A stretch of 64,000 bases of DNA from Paramoeba atlantica. Its lineage: Eukaryota > Protista > Discosea. Location: NCBI GenBank assembly GCA_977017575.1, contig CDRNVI010000039.1, positions 248,001 through 312,000 of the forward strand, read 5' to 3'. Both the position numbers and the translations under genes were made by a program. Below are positions 21,346 to 32,062 of the stretch, piece after piece. Positions within the stretch are counted from its first letter, which is position 1. Each line of letters begins with the position of its first letter. The notes under the pieces were generated by a model. The model was given only the letters and a program-made list of their open reading frames with translations. It did not search any database and had not been told where the DNA came from.

Positions 21346-21836
21346 ACGTTATCGTTGTGTTAGAGAGGAAGCGCAGTACCTACTGGAATAACATTTTTAG
21401 TATTGTTAATGAAATGTGTAGCAAATTTCACGAACGGACAAAACGACTTCTAGCGTTTAAGCAGAAATATATTAAAAAAAGATGATAGAATAGAACTATT
21501 CCAATGCAATCGTTATACTACACGCAATCGTTATACTGTGTATGTAATACACAGCATAATTTTTATACAAGTCGGGTACCTTGTGTTTAAAATTTCATTT
21601 CAGAGAGCAAGGTTCATAGAAACATGGCTACAAGATATCCAATGATCAAGGGAATCTCTCTTCCTCTGGGATCTTCAAACCATCAAAGTTTTTCTAAAGT
21701 ATCTCAAAATATAAAATCCTCATACAAAACCGCACTATCGATGCATTAGAGAGAGAGAGAGAGAGCTGTACTGTCGATTTCCCACATCAATAGGAACACA
21801 TGAAGAGAATCAACAACCGGATAAAAACGCAATAGT

Positions 21837-24122
21837 TTATCGACGACGAGTAAGCATGCGTAGGCTCCAGCATTGCGATGGCTGAAACATATGTCCAAGA
21901 TCATGTGTTCGAAGGTTTGTTGACATTCCGAGAGGAACTTCAAGACTTTGAGGTTTCTGTGGCTTTACATCACCCACAGGTTCAACAACGAAGGGGTTTG
22001 AATACTCAGTGTTTGACAAGCCTTTACTCATCTTCGTCAGCAAGGTTTCTGTCCAAACTTGTTGCCTCTGCGCACTAAATTTGCTTGTACAAGATTGTGA
22101 GAATTCTGGATGCTTGTCCGTACCTTGCTCTCTAGCGTTATCCTCCGGCTGTATTGATGGAGTATTTACCTTAGAGTTGCATACGTCATTTGGCAATGTG
22201 CTGGATGTAATAGGTTTAGTCTTTACTTCTTGATGTTTTAGCTTTTCTTGAGCTTTAGCTTCCATACGCTTTAGCCTCTCTCTAATCTTTTTCGGCCGTT
22301 CTCGTTCTCTAACTTTTTTTTTCTTGTCGGAAGTGAAATGTTTTAATTTTTTATCGAAGTCGTTTACCAGATCCATACTTTTTCTGATGATTTTTCTTTC
22401 TTTCTTAACGGACCTCTCTTCTTCCGGAGTTCTCGGAAGACGCACTTCATCAGTGTCATCGAGTAATAGACCTGCACAACGAAACAATCGAACAGATTTC
22501 AGCGCGCTTCGGAGAATGGAGATATAGTGCTCTGCTCCGGGTAGATCTGCCACCTTAGTTTCCACAAGATCCATAAGTTGTCGGAACGGTACTGACTCTA
22601 AACGCCTAACAATCTCGAGTGCAAGAGAAGCCATGTGAACAGCAGTTTCTTTTTCCTCCTTGCTGAACACAGGTGAGAAAAGAGTACATCGCAAAGGGTC
22701 CTTTGTGCCTAACTCATTGCTAGCCTCTACAAATTTTTCTTTCATAAAGCTATATCGCTGCCAACTCATGTGTCTTCCCAAATTGAAGTCAACTTCATAA
22801 GGGTCTTCAATCGCTACGTAATATTGCAGGGACTTTTTTCTCGAACCCGATTGTCCTGCATCGCTTCCCCACTTAAGGAATTCTTTCATTGTGGACTTTT
22901 TGCGATTAATAGTTATAACGTGCGAATCCCAGGAAAAATCATTGGCAAAATAATGGAAAAAGTTTTGCAATAAACGACCCATCTTTCCCCAAAGCTCGTT
23001 GGGAAGGTAACATGGATTATATTGTGGTGCAACGGGCAAGAGTAATGGATTTTCAGGAATGCTCTCAGGGGATACATACTCTACTACGCCCTCGCGAAGG
23101 AGAAAGTGTAGCCACATAACGTGAAAAGCATATGTACATAGCCAGCCACATGAACTATTGTTCAGGCCTGTGCATTTGCTCCAGTTCTTAATCGCATGAG
23201 CACCGACACTAACCATTGGATTCTGTTGGATGTATCGTTGAAGCAGGTAGCTATTTCGAAGTCCAAACGCGCGTGTGCTTAGATCAAAATCTACTGAGAA
23301 GAGAGCTATACGGGCTAGGGCTTGTCGATGAGTCTCATTAGAAAGTCCTGCTTGATTAGATAAAGTCTTAAGGGATAACACAACGGAGGCTATCGGTGCA
23401 GGACCAATTTTTGGCGTGGTTCTCAGCTTTACGTAAGCATCGAATACATACTTTTGCTCTGGAAATGTAATAGTTAGGTAATTCCCATGATCTCCGCTCC
23501 AATTAAATAATAACGGTACATCCGGCAGCATTTCCTGTATCCGTTTTCCAACATTTTCTTGAGATTGAGTTAAGAGATCGCCACTGTACCCAGGTTTTTG
23601 AAATATTACGATGAGACAGAGAGAGTTGCCTTCCTCGTTTCCGTTTCCCTGAGGCACATCCGTGCCGCAGTACTCGATAAGCGATACTTGGTTCAGGTTA
23701 TTCTTCTTCTCACCCCGAATTTTCGAATACTTTAGAATTGGAACACGTGCACCCGTGATGGATAGTACGTGACGGGGTTCCGCAAGCCTACCCAATGTCG
23801 AACTGCATTCTAAAATAACCAACCTCTCGTTGTGAGGAGGCCAGCGCCCTTTCGCCCATGCATTCGGATCGATACATGTGAAGTCAATGTCGGAGTCTCC
23901 GTCCCACATTTGGTGCGCAACACAGCTCCCAAAAACATACACATGGGCTCCAGGATAGTGCCGCCGGACAACTTGCTCGAGTTGCTCACGTGCTTGTAAC
24001 ATCCTGTTAAACTTCATTCTGCCTTTCGTGGTATCTTGCGGATACAAGCGTAGGTGTCCGCCCCATAAAGTATATAGCTTTTCTTGCTTTCGAGCTTTCG
24101 ATTTCGAAGATTCTTGGGTCAT
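21837..24122 (-). CDS. Terminal uridylyltransferase, RET2/TUT3-like
   Basis: FGS...DSDIDF nucleotidyltransferase motif, ARVPILK, an inserted middle domain, FDLS...GLRNSYLL, IKNWSK, and the nucleotide-recognition loop IEDPYEVDFNLGRH. Confidence 0.9.
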   Translation of the reverse strand: MTQESSKSKARKQEKLYTLWGGHLRLYPQDTTKGRMKFNRMLQAREQLEQVVRRHYPGAHVYVFGSCVAHQMWDGDSDIDFTCIDPNAWAKGRWPPHNERLVILECSSTLGRLAEPRHVLSITGARVPILKYSKIRGEKKNNLNQVSLIEYCGTDVPQGNGNEEGNSLCLIVIFQKPGYSGDLLTQSQENVGKRIQEMLPDVPLLFNWSGDHGNYLTITFPEQKYVFDAYVKLRTTPKIGPAPIASVVLSLKTLSNQAGLSNETHRQALARIALFSVDFDLSTRAFGLRNSYLLQRYIQQNPMVSVGAHAIKNWSKCTGLNNSSCGWLCTYAFHVMWLHFLLREGVVEYVSPESIPENPLLLPVAPQYNPCYLPNELWGKMGRLLQNFFHYFANDFSWDSHVITINRKKSTMKEFLKWGSDAGQSGSRKKSLQYYVAIEDPYEVDFNLGRHMSWQRYSFMKEKFVEASNELGTKDPLRCTLFSPVFSKEEKETAVHMASLALEIVRRLESVPFRQLMDLVETKVADLPGAEHYISILRSALKSVRLFRCAGLLLDDTDEVRLPRTPEEERSVKKERKIIRKSMDLVNDFDKKLKHFTSDKKKKVRERERPKKIRERLKRMEAKAQEKLKHQEVKTKPITSSTLPNDVCNSKVNTPSIQPEDNAREQGTDKHPEFSQSCTSKFSAQRQQVWTETLLTKMSKGLSNTEYSNPFVVEPVGDVKPQKPQSLEVPLGMSTNLRTHDLGHMFQPSQCWSLRMLTRRR

Positions 24123-24856
24123 ACTGTGAGTAAATACAGTGTACGTATGGAATCAAAGGCAAAGGAGAATACTGTACACGTTGGAACATAAATAAAATAC
24201 GCGGAACATGTTGTATGTACAATTGCATGCTGTACTGCCGTACAATCCGTACTATTAAATTAATTGAGTTTTGTAAATGCATGATTGTAAGAAAAGGTGA
24301 TCAATAAATTCTCAATAATTCGAACTTGCCATTCAGAAGTTTGAGAGAGATAGCTTAATACGGTTCTCTTCACCGGATACCCAGCCTACCCGGTCACTAG
24401 AAATTCCAAGGCCGCCTCTGAGAAAAAGTGCCACATTTTGTCCCAAATCTATCGAAGTTTCTGTGAGGATTTCGAAAGGCAAAAGGCTGAACATGAAAGA
24501 CAAGACAAGAGCGCGTGATAAGAGCCTTTGTTTGAGCAAAGCAAAGCATATCTACATTGAATTGAATCGAGTTTTTGAGAAGCCTACAACAGACATTCAA
24601 GCGTCCATCGATCTTTTAACACTTAAGTGCCTTCTAATATTACTTTAATAATGAAAGTAAGGAAAGTTTCACTATTCTTAAGTGCATACCTTAGCGAGTA
24701 CGGCGTGTACATACGATTTGGCGAGTACATGCGAGTAAGTAGAGTTCCTGTACTAAATTACTGGAGTGCCAGTACCAGAAAGACTTCTACAAGACCAAAA
24801 GATTGGATCCCCAAGTTGGAGGTCAGTACAGTAGAAAGCGTAGTGGGATATGCGAC

Positions 24857-26266
24857 TTAGCACTTGAATCGACCTTCTAGAAGATCACGTGTGAAAATTT
24901 TCCAATCGTTTAATACATACTCTGCAAGCGAGGGATCGCTCACTAATATACCGCCACCCCGATTTACGATATCGAGAGCTGTGGATTCATGACGTCCCCG
25001 CAGGGAGACGCAAATGCGTTTATCCAGAAAGGGCGGAGGAGCATATCGCGTACCATACTCCCTTTCGCCGACCCAACATCGATGTTCAACGCAGGCTTCC
25101 AAGTACGCGCTTGGTAAAACCCAAATTCCAGTTACCAGAGCGTGTAATACCTTCATGGTCACCCTCCTTACGTGTCCTTGAGGCACGATAAGGTGAGTTA
25201 CTCGACTAGAAAGCGATCCATTATGTGAAAGCTCCAAACTGACCTCTTTTGCCATTGAAATCACGCTGGATAGGAAGGTGAGGTGAGACGCAATTTTTCC
25301 AATATCACAACTCTCGTCGAATCCAGTCGCGGCAAAGCAACGGAAAGCTGCATCGGCATCTTTTGTTGCCTCTTTTTTCGATTTAAGATTTTGTCGAAGT
25401 GCATTCAGTTCTTGAGTAATTTCAGAATATCGAGTATGCATTTGTTGTCTTTCAAGTTTCATGGCATTGATTTCGTTTTCTTGTTCCATTGCCATTGTGT
25501 TATGCTTCTGTTTCATAGCGTTTATTTGTTTATTCGCCGATTGCAGCTCTAAATGAAAGACAGACTCTCTTTCTTGGAGGTACAACTGCTGTTGAGAAAG
25601 AAGGTTATCTTGTTCCAAAACCCGTGCTTCGAGTTTCAAGTATTTCTTTTCTGCCTCGTAGGTTCGAGATAGAGATTTTTCTAAGGCAGAAGGGGCGTTT
25701 TCTAAAACACATTTAAGAAGATAATTTTTATTCTCACCCGATTCTGATCTTGAATCAGCCTTGAGATATTCTTTTGCTAACAAACGTAGTACGACACACT
25801 CTAGCTGAAGACTGTTTACCGCATCCTGAAGCGATCGAATCTCAACACGTAGGTTATTTTCGATGGAAATAATGCCAGCTCCAGGGTGCTGCATAGCGGG
25901 AGGATTCGATACGCTAGGAAAAGTATTACGATCATTTCGAAGATTTGATTCAGATGAGAGGTAAGGCGAAATGTCCCCATCTTTACGCTTCAATAATGGT
26001 TGACCCAGTGGAATCTCGAGTGCCTCCTCTTCAGAACGCAAAGAGTTGGATTTTTCGGCCAATAGAAAAGGGGTTACACTTTCCGTTGAACATTCAGCAG
26101 ACGAAAGCCTTTGCTTTTTAGATCCAATGAAACTATCCGAGGTTCTACTTTGCAGCTTCTGGCTGCTCTTTTCTTGGTCAGATGGATAAGTAGATTGCGA
26201 GTTCTCGGAAGTAGAACTTGAACTGATGCGAGTTAGCGAGTCAGGAAGGTCGGGTAAACTATTCAT
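24857..26266 (-). CDS. Coiled-coil plus C-terminal tandem BRCT protein, KKT4-like
   Basis: Central coiled coil followed by BRCT motifs (VTHLIV, MKVLHALVTGIWVL, CWVGEREYGTRYAPPPF, DIVNRGGGILV). Confidence 0.75.
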   Translation of the reverse strand: MNSLPDLPDSLTRISSSSTSENSQSTYPSDQEKSSQKLQSRTSDSFIGSKKQRLSSAECSTESVTPFLLAEKSNSLRSEEEALEIPLGQPLLKRKDGDISPYLSSESNLRNDRNTFPSVSNPPAMQHPGAGIISIENNLRVEIRSLQDAVNSLQLECVVLRLLAKEYLKADSRSESGENKNYLLKCVLENAPSALEKSLSRTYEAEKKYLKLEARVLEQDNLLSQQQLYLQERESVFHLELQSANKQINAMKQKHNTMAMEQENEINAMKLERQQMHTRYSEITQELNALRQNLKSKKEATKDADAAFRCFAATGFDESCDIGKIASHLTFLSSVISMAKEVSLELSHNGSLSSRVTHLIVPQGHVRRVTMKVLHALVTGIWVLPSAYLEACVEHRCWVGEREYGTRYAPPPFLDKRICVSLRGRHESTALDIVNRGGGILVSDPSLAEYVLNDWKIFTRDLLEGRFKC

Positions 26267-26650
26267 TTTGTGCTAAATACATTGCCATTAATCAAATACA
26301 CACATTGAAAATTAATCAGAAGATTTTCTAATTACAGTTTCATTTTTTTTAAAAGAAAGTTTACACATACCAAACAAATTCAAGCGATGTGCATGCAAGA
26401 ATTGTTTTTACTACTCTGCGTTTTTCGTGTAAGATGCACCTAGCTGTGCATACAAAATTCAAGAATCCATAGAAGGAAATTTATTTATTTCCCATTCACT
26501 GGATGACGGTAGTAAGATCATACTCTAAAACCTACTCTAAGAAAACTAAAACAAATCTAAAACCAAGATTCTCGAACGAGAAAAAAATAACGTTCAGCGA
26601 AAAAGACATCGCTGTAAAACAATAAAAACCAACGATATACTCTATTCCTC

Positions 26651-28126
26651 TTACAGCACCTCTTCTTGCTCTTCTTTTTGGCCTGTTTCAGTCTTTACCT
26701 TTTTTTCTTTTTCCTGGTACGTATAAAAGGGTAAGACTTCCGTCTCACTCCACTCTACTGAGCCCGGCTGCCATAGATGATTACGCATGACTGGGAAGCG
26801 GTTGTAAGGTACAGGGTTACGCAAACGAGCAAGCATGCGTTCGTGCGGATAAACGTCTGTCATGGTCGCCACTCCACGAAGTGAGGGTACCTGAGGCAGG
26901 ACTTCACTCATGCGATAATTCAACATACTGCCAAATAGAAGATTCGCGGCCCACACCGCCGTGGGAGCCTTTGGGGCTGTCTTATCTTTAGGGCTAATGG
27001 AACGACGAAGAACAGCAATCATATCTTCCGCAAGAAACGTTACGTTTCCTACCTTCCGGTCAGGATACCTCTTGACCCACTCAGCTCGTATTTTAGGCCA
27101 AGCGACTTCTGCGAGCTCCACGTTGGGACGTTGAATTTCCACCCCGATAGCGTCCGCCCCTGTTTGCAATGCAACTTGCATAACGACACTTCCATGTCCA
27201 CTGCCAAGATCCCAGAACACGTCTGAAGAAGAAACCTTCAATAACCGAATCAGCCGAGAAACAAAGTTCGGAAGAATACTCTTTGCGTTGAGTATACGCA
27301 GTCCGCTCACACGAGATTTTCCCGTTCCCTTCAAATGTCGCCAAATCAACTCTTTCATCTCGACACAATCACACACTTCAATACCCATAGGGCAATGGTA
27401 GCACGCACTACCATTCGGGGACTCTCGCAAAGGGATTCGAAGAGGGTTACTACGCTTTCCGGTTCCGACCAGAACCCCCGGGATATCAATCTCAACACGG
27501 CTTCCTCGACCCATACGACCTATAGGGCTGAAATCCAGTGCTTTTGAAGGTGTCGAAGGCTTGACTACCGCCGAAGGCTTGACCGTAGGCGAGACTTTCC
27601 TATCCTGTGTCTTGCCCGTGTCTTCTTTCTTTTCCCGTCGACCGTTTTCTAACTTTGCCGTTGATTTCTTCACCGTACTTTCGTGCAGTTTTTTTCCGGT
27701 GGTTTCTTTTAGGGGCTTGCCGACAACCAATTCTGATTTTCCTGGTTTCGTTGTTTTAGAGCCCGGCTTTGTGGGAGGGGGAAGTTTTTGTGTTGCCTTT
27801 GTGTGCTTGTCTTCGTATTCAAGCACTTTGTTGACTTTGCGTAGGAGGGTGACATCATCCAGCCGAGAGCGTGTCATGGATCGTGTGGTGATGCGAGCCA
27901 CTTGTCTCACATCTTCAGGGGAGGAGGCGCGAAAAGAGCTGGTGTCGCGTACCGGGGAGAGACTCTTGGTGCTGGACCGGAGAAGACGAGAGTGTAGAGA
28001 GGCGCCGGCATCGCGTGTCATGCGTCCGTGTGCGGCTCCGTCTTGGCGATTTACAATCGTCGGGGAAGGTTTCTTGCGAGAGGACTCGGTCATAGGAAGT
28101 AAGAAGTAAGAAGAAGAATATATCAA
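26651..28126 (-). CDS. DOT1: DOT1-family histone H3 methyltransferase, trypanosome DOT1A/B type
   Basis: CYHC...CDC module, NAKSILPNFVSRLIRLL, SAM-binding FWDLGSGHGSV, GVEI and VWAANLLF. Basic low-complexity N-terminus. Confidence 0.9.
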   Translation of the reverse strand: MIYSSSYFLLPMTESSRKKPSPTIVNRQDGAAHGRMTRDAGASLHSRLLRSSTKSLSPVRDTSSFRASSPEDVRQVARITTRSMTRSRLDDVTLLRKVNKVLEYEDKHTKATQKLPPPTKPGSKTTKPGKSELVVGKPLKETTGKKLHESTVKKSTAKLENGRREKKEDTGKTQDRKVSPTVKPSAVVKPSTPSKALDFSPIGRMGRGSRVEIDIPGVLVGTGKRSNPLRIPLRESPNGSACYHCPMGIEVCDCVEMKELIWRHLKGTGKSRVSGLRILNAKSILPNFVSRLIRLLKVSSSDVFWDLGSGHGSVVMQVALQTGADAIGVEIQRPNVELAEVAWPKIRAEWVKRYPDRKVGNVTFLAEDMIAVLRRSISPKDKTAPKAPTAVWAANLLFGSMLNYRMSEVLPQVPSLRGVATMTDVYPHERMLARLRNPVPYNRFPVMRNHLWQPGSVEWSETEVLPFYTYQEKEKKVKTETGQKEEQEEVL

Positions 28127-28328
28127 CAGATGCTACGCAACTTTTACTGTGTTCGAAAAAAAAACGCTAACATCAACGTTTCTTACGAATTCAAACGTAT
28201 TAAATAACTGAGGGAAACCTATGCGGTCGAACGACGACTTTTTCATTGAAACTTTCATTACCATATTCCAATGAATGTATCCCGAATGGTCTCGAAGCAA
28301 ACGTAGTGCTATAGCTAAATGGTGGAAG

Positions 28329-28370
28329 GTAGTACGTGGTTACTGCCTCGTAGTACGTGGTTACTGCCTC
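28329..28370. repeat. Perfect 21-bp tandem duplication (gtagtacgtggttactgcctc x2)
   Basis: Copies at 28329-28349 and 28350-28370, intergenic. Confidence 0.9.
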
Positions 28371-28487
28371 TGTAATATGTAGTATAATGTAATAGTACTG
28401 GTATATATTGGTATGGTATTCGCATAGGATTGATATAGATAGCACGCAATGTGCAGCCCAGCGTTTTAAGAAAGGTAGAATGAAATA

Positions 28488-29381
28488 CTATATTTGCACG
28501 CATATGGGAGCAGGGACAGGGGTATACGAAGATATAGAATTTCCCCCAAGCCGCACTATTTTTAAACTCCTAGGAAGAGTGGTCAGATCTACATGACCAG
28601 AAAAATTATTTTCGTCCAAAGTAATCATTATTATGCATTTAGGAAGACAACTTAAATCGATAGATCCGTGAAGACGGTTCGCTTCTAGACACAATACAGT
28701 CAGGCGAGAGGGTAAGCTTGTGAGAACCACATTTCCCGAAAACAAATTATGTGAGACATAGAGCTCCTTCATTGAAGAAGGAAGTAAATCGATTTGGAGA
28801 GATCCGCTCATTTGATTTCTTGAAAGATTTAGAAAGGACATTGTACCAGGGAGTTGCTCTAATTCCGCACTACCTTCTAAACAGTTGCTCAACACGTCAA
28901 GAGTTAGCATAGTGCGAGGCATATGAGAAAGATCAAGTTCATTAGAAAACTTATTTTTGCGTAGAACAAGAATTTCCATGGCATGTGGAAGTTCATATAG
29001 TGGAACTGATCCCTCCAGAATATTCATTGTATCATGCACCATCACATTGCTAAGATCTACTGTCCGAGTGGTGGAAGGAAGATACTTCCAACATGGTGTA
29101 CCATGGAGATTAAAGTCTGGCCACAATACGTATTTAACTTCAAAATCCCCATTACAATGTACACCTTTCCAGGTGCAAGCATCAGCATCGGAATTCCATG
29201 TGATATCCTGACCAGTAATGTTGCTAACAAATCGCACAAGAAGATATTGAGAAGGTAATTGTGCACCTCGAACCTTTGCTGCACGGGAAGAAGGAATTGA
29301 AAATTCATTACTTGACGAAGCTTGTGCGGAGTACCTTTTGTTTTGAGAAACATCGTCTTGGCACCGAATCTGACAGGTCAT
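28488..29381 (-). CDS. Leucine-rich repeat protein (paralog 2)
   Basis: N-cap ACTWKGVHC...VLWPDFNLHGTPCWKYLPST followed by LRR repeats. Confidence 0.88.
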   Translation of the reverse strand: MTCQIRCQDDVSQNKRYSAQASSSNEFSIPSSRAAKVRGAQLPSQYLLVRFVSNITGQDITWNSDADACTWKGVHCNGDFEVKYVLWPDFNLHGTPCWKYLPSTTRTVDLSNVMVHDTMNILEGSVPLYELPHAMEILVLRKNKFSNELDLSHMPRTMLTLDVLSNCLEGSAELEQLPGTMSFLNLSRNQMSGSLQIDLLPSSMKELYVSHNLFSGNVVLTSLPSRLTVLCLEANRLHGSIDLSCLPKCIIMITLDENNFSGHVDLTTLPRSLKIVRLGGNSISSYTPVPAPICVQI

Positions 29382-29527
29382 CTTACAGGATGAAAGATTA
29401 AATTTGTTTTTCTACTCCTAGCTGTTGTTGCTAAAAACAGCGGCTCTTTTCCACTACAAGATGGAACAATAGAAGACCGGACTAAAAATAATCTAACGTG
29501 AAATAAATTGAATAGACCCACCAAAAA

Positions 29528-30874
29528 TTATTTTCCCAATATGACTTCATCTCTTTTTTGAAGGTCTAAGGCCATGTCCATGTCTTCTTTTGGATAAAAA
29601 ATAATAAGGAACTGCAGAAGAACCCAATCAACAACCGCTATGGCAACACACAACAGCCCATATACAGGGCCAATTTTTACGTATCTGCGAATACGTTCAG
29701 AAAGTCTGAGAGCGGGACAGTCGACACTAGAAATTTGTTTATAAATCTTCTCTGTACGCTCTGCCACGCTACGCCACGAATAAAACGAAGACACAGATTC
29801 ATGAAAGCTCCACGGAGACACGTAAGGCACTCTCGCAATGGCCCTTTCTAAGGCTGCAATCAGGGAAGCGGGATCGGGTTCGGCAAGGTAAAGCATTGAG
29901 GGTGGGAGCACCTCGGGAACCCCACCAACTCTTGTGGACACGGCCAGCAGTCCACACGCCGCCGCCTCTAGTATGGCAATGCAGAACGCCTCCGTGAGCG
30001 AACAATTCAAAAAAATCTGTCCGCGGTTAAGTGTGCTCTTAATTTGTGAATGTTCCAGCGCCCCGAGCATTTCCACGCGATCAAACAAAGCGTGCCGTTC
30101 AATCATTTGCACCAACTGCAGCCGGCGTGGTCCATCCCCACCAATCACAAAGCGTAGTCCGGGGTGTCGCGCACACAACCCCGGGATCACATCCACCAGG
30201 AGGTCCACCCCTTTGCGGTACACCAACCGGGTTAGTACCACAACCGTGGGCGGGCCCCCACGCAGTACGGTGCCCCAGGGCAGTCCCTTCATAGCGACCG
30301 GCGGGGCAAACCCCGTGGTGTCCACGGCATTGGGAATCACACTGACCGTCTCGGGGGAGATCTTCGCCCGTAGCACGGTGTTCTCCCGGGAGGTGTGGCT
30401 GACACAGATCACTTGGTGCATACAACGCAGGGACCACTCCAGTACTTTGTTAATGTGGATCGAGGCACTGTCCGCGAACCCGAACAGGGAGTGGTCGGTG
30501 AAACACACCCGGAGTCCCATGGTGAGGGCATGGAGAAGGGCTTCGTGGCACAGGGTGCTGGTGGTTTGGTGACCGTGGACAATCTCCACCCGCTCTCGGA
30601 GAAATATACAGCGGAGTACAGGGAAGTTGGCAAACAGCGTTGGTAGAGTGACGGTACCGGGGGGGACGCGTACCCCAATAAAGGGGAGGTAGTACACCTT
30701 GAGACCGCCAGTGAGCCAACGGACACCGGTATAGGAGGCGCCGTAGGACCGGGTAATGACAATGACCTTATGTCCGCGACGTAGGAGACACTGTGCCACG
30801 TTGTAGATGTGAATTTCCACCCCTCCAAATCCGGGGTGAAAAAAGTCGGAGACCAGTGCCACGCGATGGGGCAT
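29528..30874 (-). CDS. PIGA: GPI-GlcNAc transferase catalytic subunit PIG-A/GPI3
   Basis: VSDFFHPGFGGVEIHIY, VHGH, FTDHSLFGFAD, RLVYRKGVDLL, SLTEAFCIAILEAA...STRVGGVPEVLP, and a C-terminal TM helix. Confidence 0.97.
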   Translation of the reverse strand: MPHRVALVSDFFHPGFGGVEIHIYNVAQCLLRRGHKVIVITRSYGASYTGVRWLTGGLKVYYLPFIGVRVPPGTVTLPTLFANFPVLRCIFLRERVEIVHGHQTTSTLCHEALLHALTMGLRVCFTDHSLFGFADSASIHINKVLEWSLRCMHQVICVSHTSRENTVLRAKISPETVSVIPNAVDTTGFAPPVAMKGLPWGTVLRGGPPTVVVLTRLVYRKGVDLLVDVIPGLCARHPGLRFVIGGDGPRRLQLVQMIERHALFDRVEMLGALEHSQIKSTLNRGQIFLNCSLTEAFCIAILEAAACGLLAVSTRVGGVPEVLPPSMLYLAEPDPASLIAALERAIARVPYVSPWSFHESVSSFYSWRSVAERTEKIYKQISSVDCPALRLSERIRRYVKIGPVYGLLCVAIAVVDWVLLQFLIIFYPKEDMDMALDLQKRDEVILGK

Positions 30875-31360
30875 GTAAGTGCACGTGGAATTCTGCCTCG
30901 TGCGGATTAGAGAGGAGGTTTTATCTTGTCCATTGATTGAGGTGCAGGAATGTCGAATTTACCATGCGATTTTACCACAAATAGGAACCGAACCATTTTT
31001 AGAACGTTTACCAAAAATAAAAAGCATGATTACTGCTGACATCGTAAGTAAAGTTCAAGCTGTCCGAACCTATTCCATATGATTTTCTTTAAGGCTACTC
31101 CCTCTTTCATATTCTTTATATTGGCCCTTTCATAACTTGTTGGCACTTTTTGTGGGAATCCGTTGAGGGAGCAGAGCACTTCAAGAGGAAAAACGTTTTG
31201 CAAGTACAAGTAGGTCAACGTTGCGCTGCAATCCGTAAAACTTAGTAAAACCCACAATGACAGAGTTCAAGCTTGGCAATACCGTATGCAGAATCTATAG
31301 TACCTTTGCCGCGCTACGACTCTGAGAATCCTGATTGAGATGAATCAGTTAGCGATGAGG

Positions 31361-32062
31361 TTACTTTTCGTGAAGCAATAATAAACTTGAGTTTTGAATA
31401 TTGAGCTTGGATAATGATGCTGGTAATTTTTTAACATCTATAGTACCACTTAAATGGGTGTCATTGAGTCGGAGAGATTGTAACCTGCTAGATAAATTGT
31501 CAATTTTGATTTTGCCTTCAAAGCCGTTTCCGCTCAAGCTCAAATGCACCAAAGTTGAAGGTAGCGAAGACAAATCAATCTTTCCAGAAAATCTATTTTC
31601 ATGGACACTCAAGGTATGTAATGTTTGAGGAAGTTGAGAAAGATCAAGACAACCTTCCAGCGAATTCATATATGCCAACCACTTATGAGTGCCGGGCGGC
31701 ATTTGATTGATTGGCATATGACCTAAGAATTTGTTCCTAGCAACATCAATTTTGTATAATTTGTGAGGTAGGTCTTCCAGCATGATCTCGCCCGTTAATA
31801 AATTTTCATGCAAAAAGAGAACAGATACCGTATGAGGAAGAGATCTCCAGTAAAGAGAACCACGAAGATCACGGCCAGACCAGTGCAATCTCCGAACGAA
31901 TCCATGTTGATCACACTTAACACGGTGCCAGCTGCACGCTTCATTTGCTTCTGTCCAACTTGCGTGCACTTTCGTAATATTTCTTAGAAAACGAGAAAGT
32001 TGAGTTTCGGAGGGCAAAGCAAAGGATCTCACGCGGCCTTTCTTTTGCAAACAGGAATCCAT
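31361..32062 (-). CDS. Leucine-rich repeat protein (paralog 3)
   Basis: N-cap ACSWHRVKC...LHWSGRDLRGSLYWRSLPHT followed by LRR repeats. Confidence 0.88.
   Translation of the reverse strand: MDSCLQKKGRVRSFALPSETQLSRFLRNITKVHASWTEANEACSWHRVKCDQHGFVRRLHWSGRDLRGSLYWRSLPHTVSVLFLHENLLTGEIMLEDLPHKLYKIDVARNKFLGHMPINQMPPGTHKWLAYMNSLEGCLDLSQLPQTLHTLSVHENRFSGKIDLSSLPSTLVHLSLSGNGFEGKIKIDNLSSRLQSLRLNDTHLSGTIDVKKLPASLSKLNIQNSSLLLLHEK

Noticed and set aside
21748-21765. (AG)9 microsatellite
   Set aside because: An ordinary short repeat, most simply part of a minus-strand polypyrimidine tract.
24333-24860. Small ORFs between the TUTase and KKT4-like genes
   Set aside because: Under 80 aa in conflicting frames with no motif; a small gene or ncRNA cannot be excluded but is unsupported.
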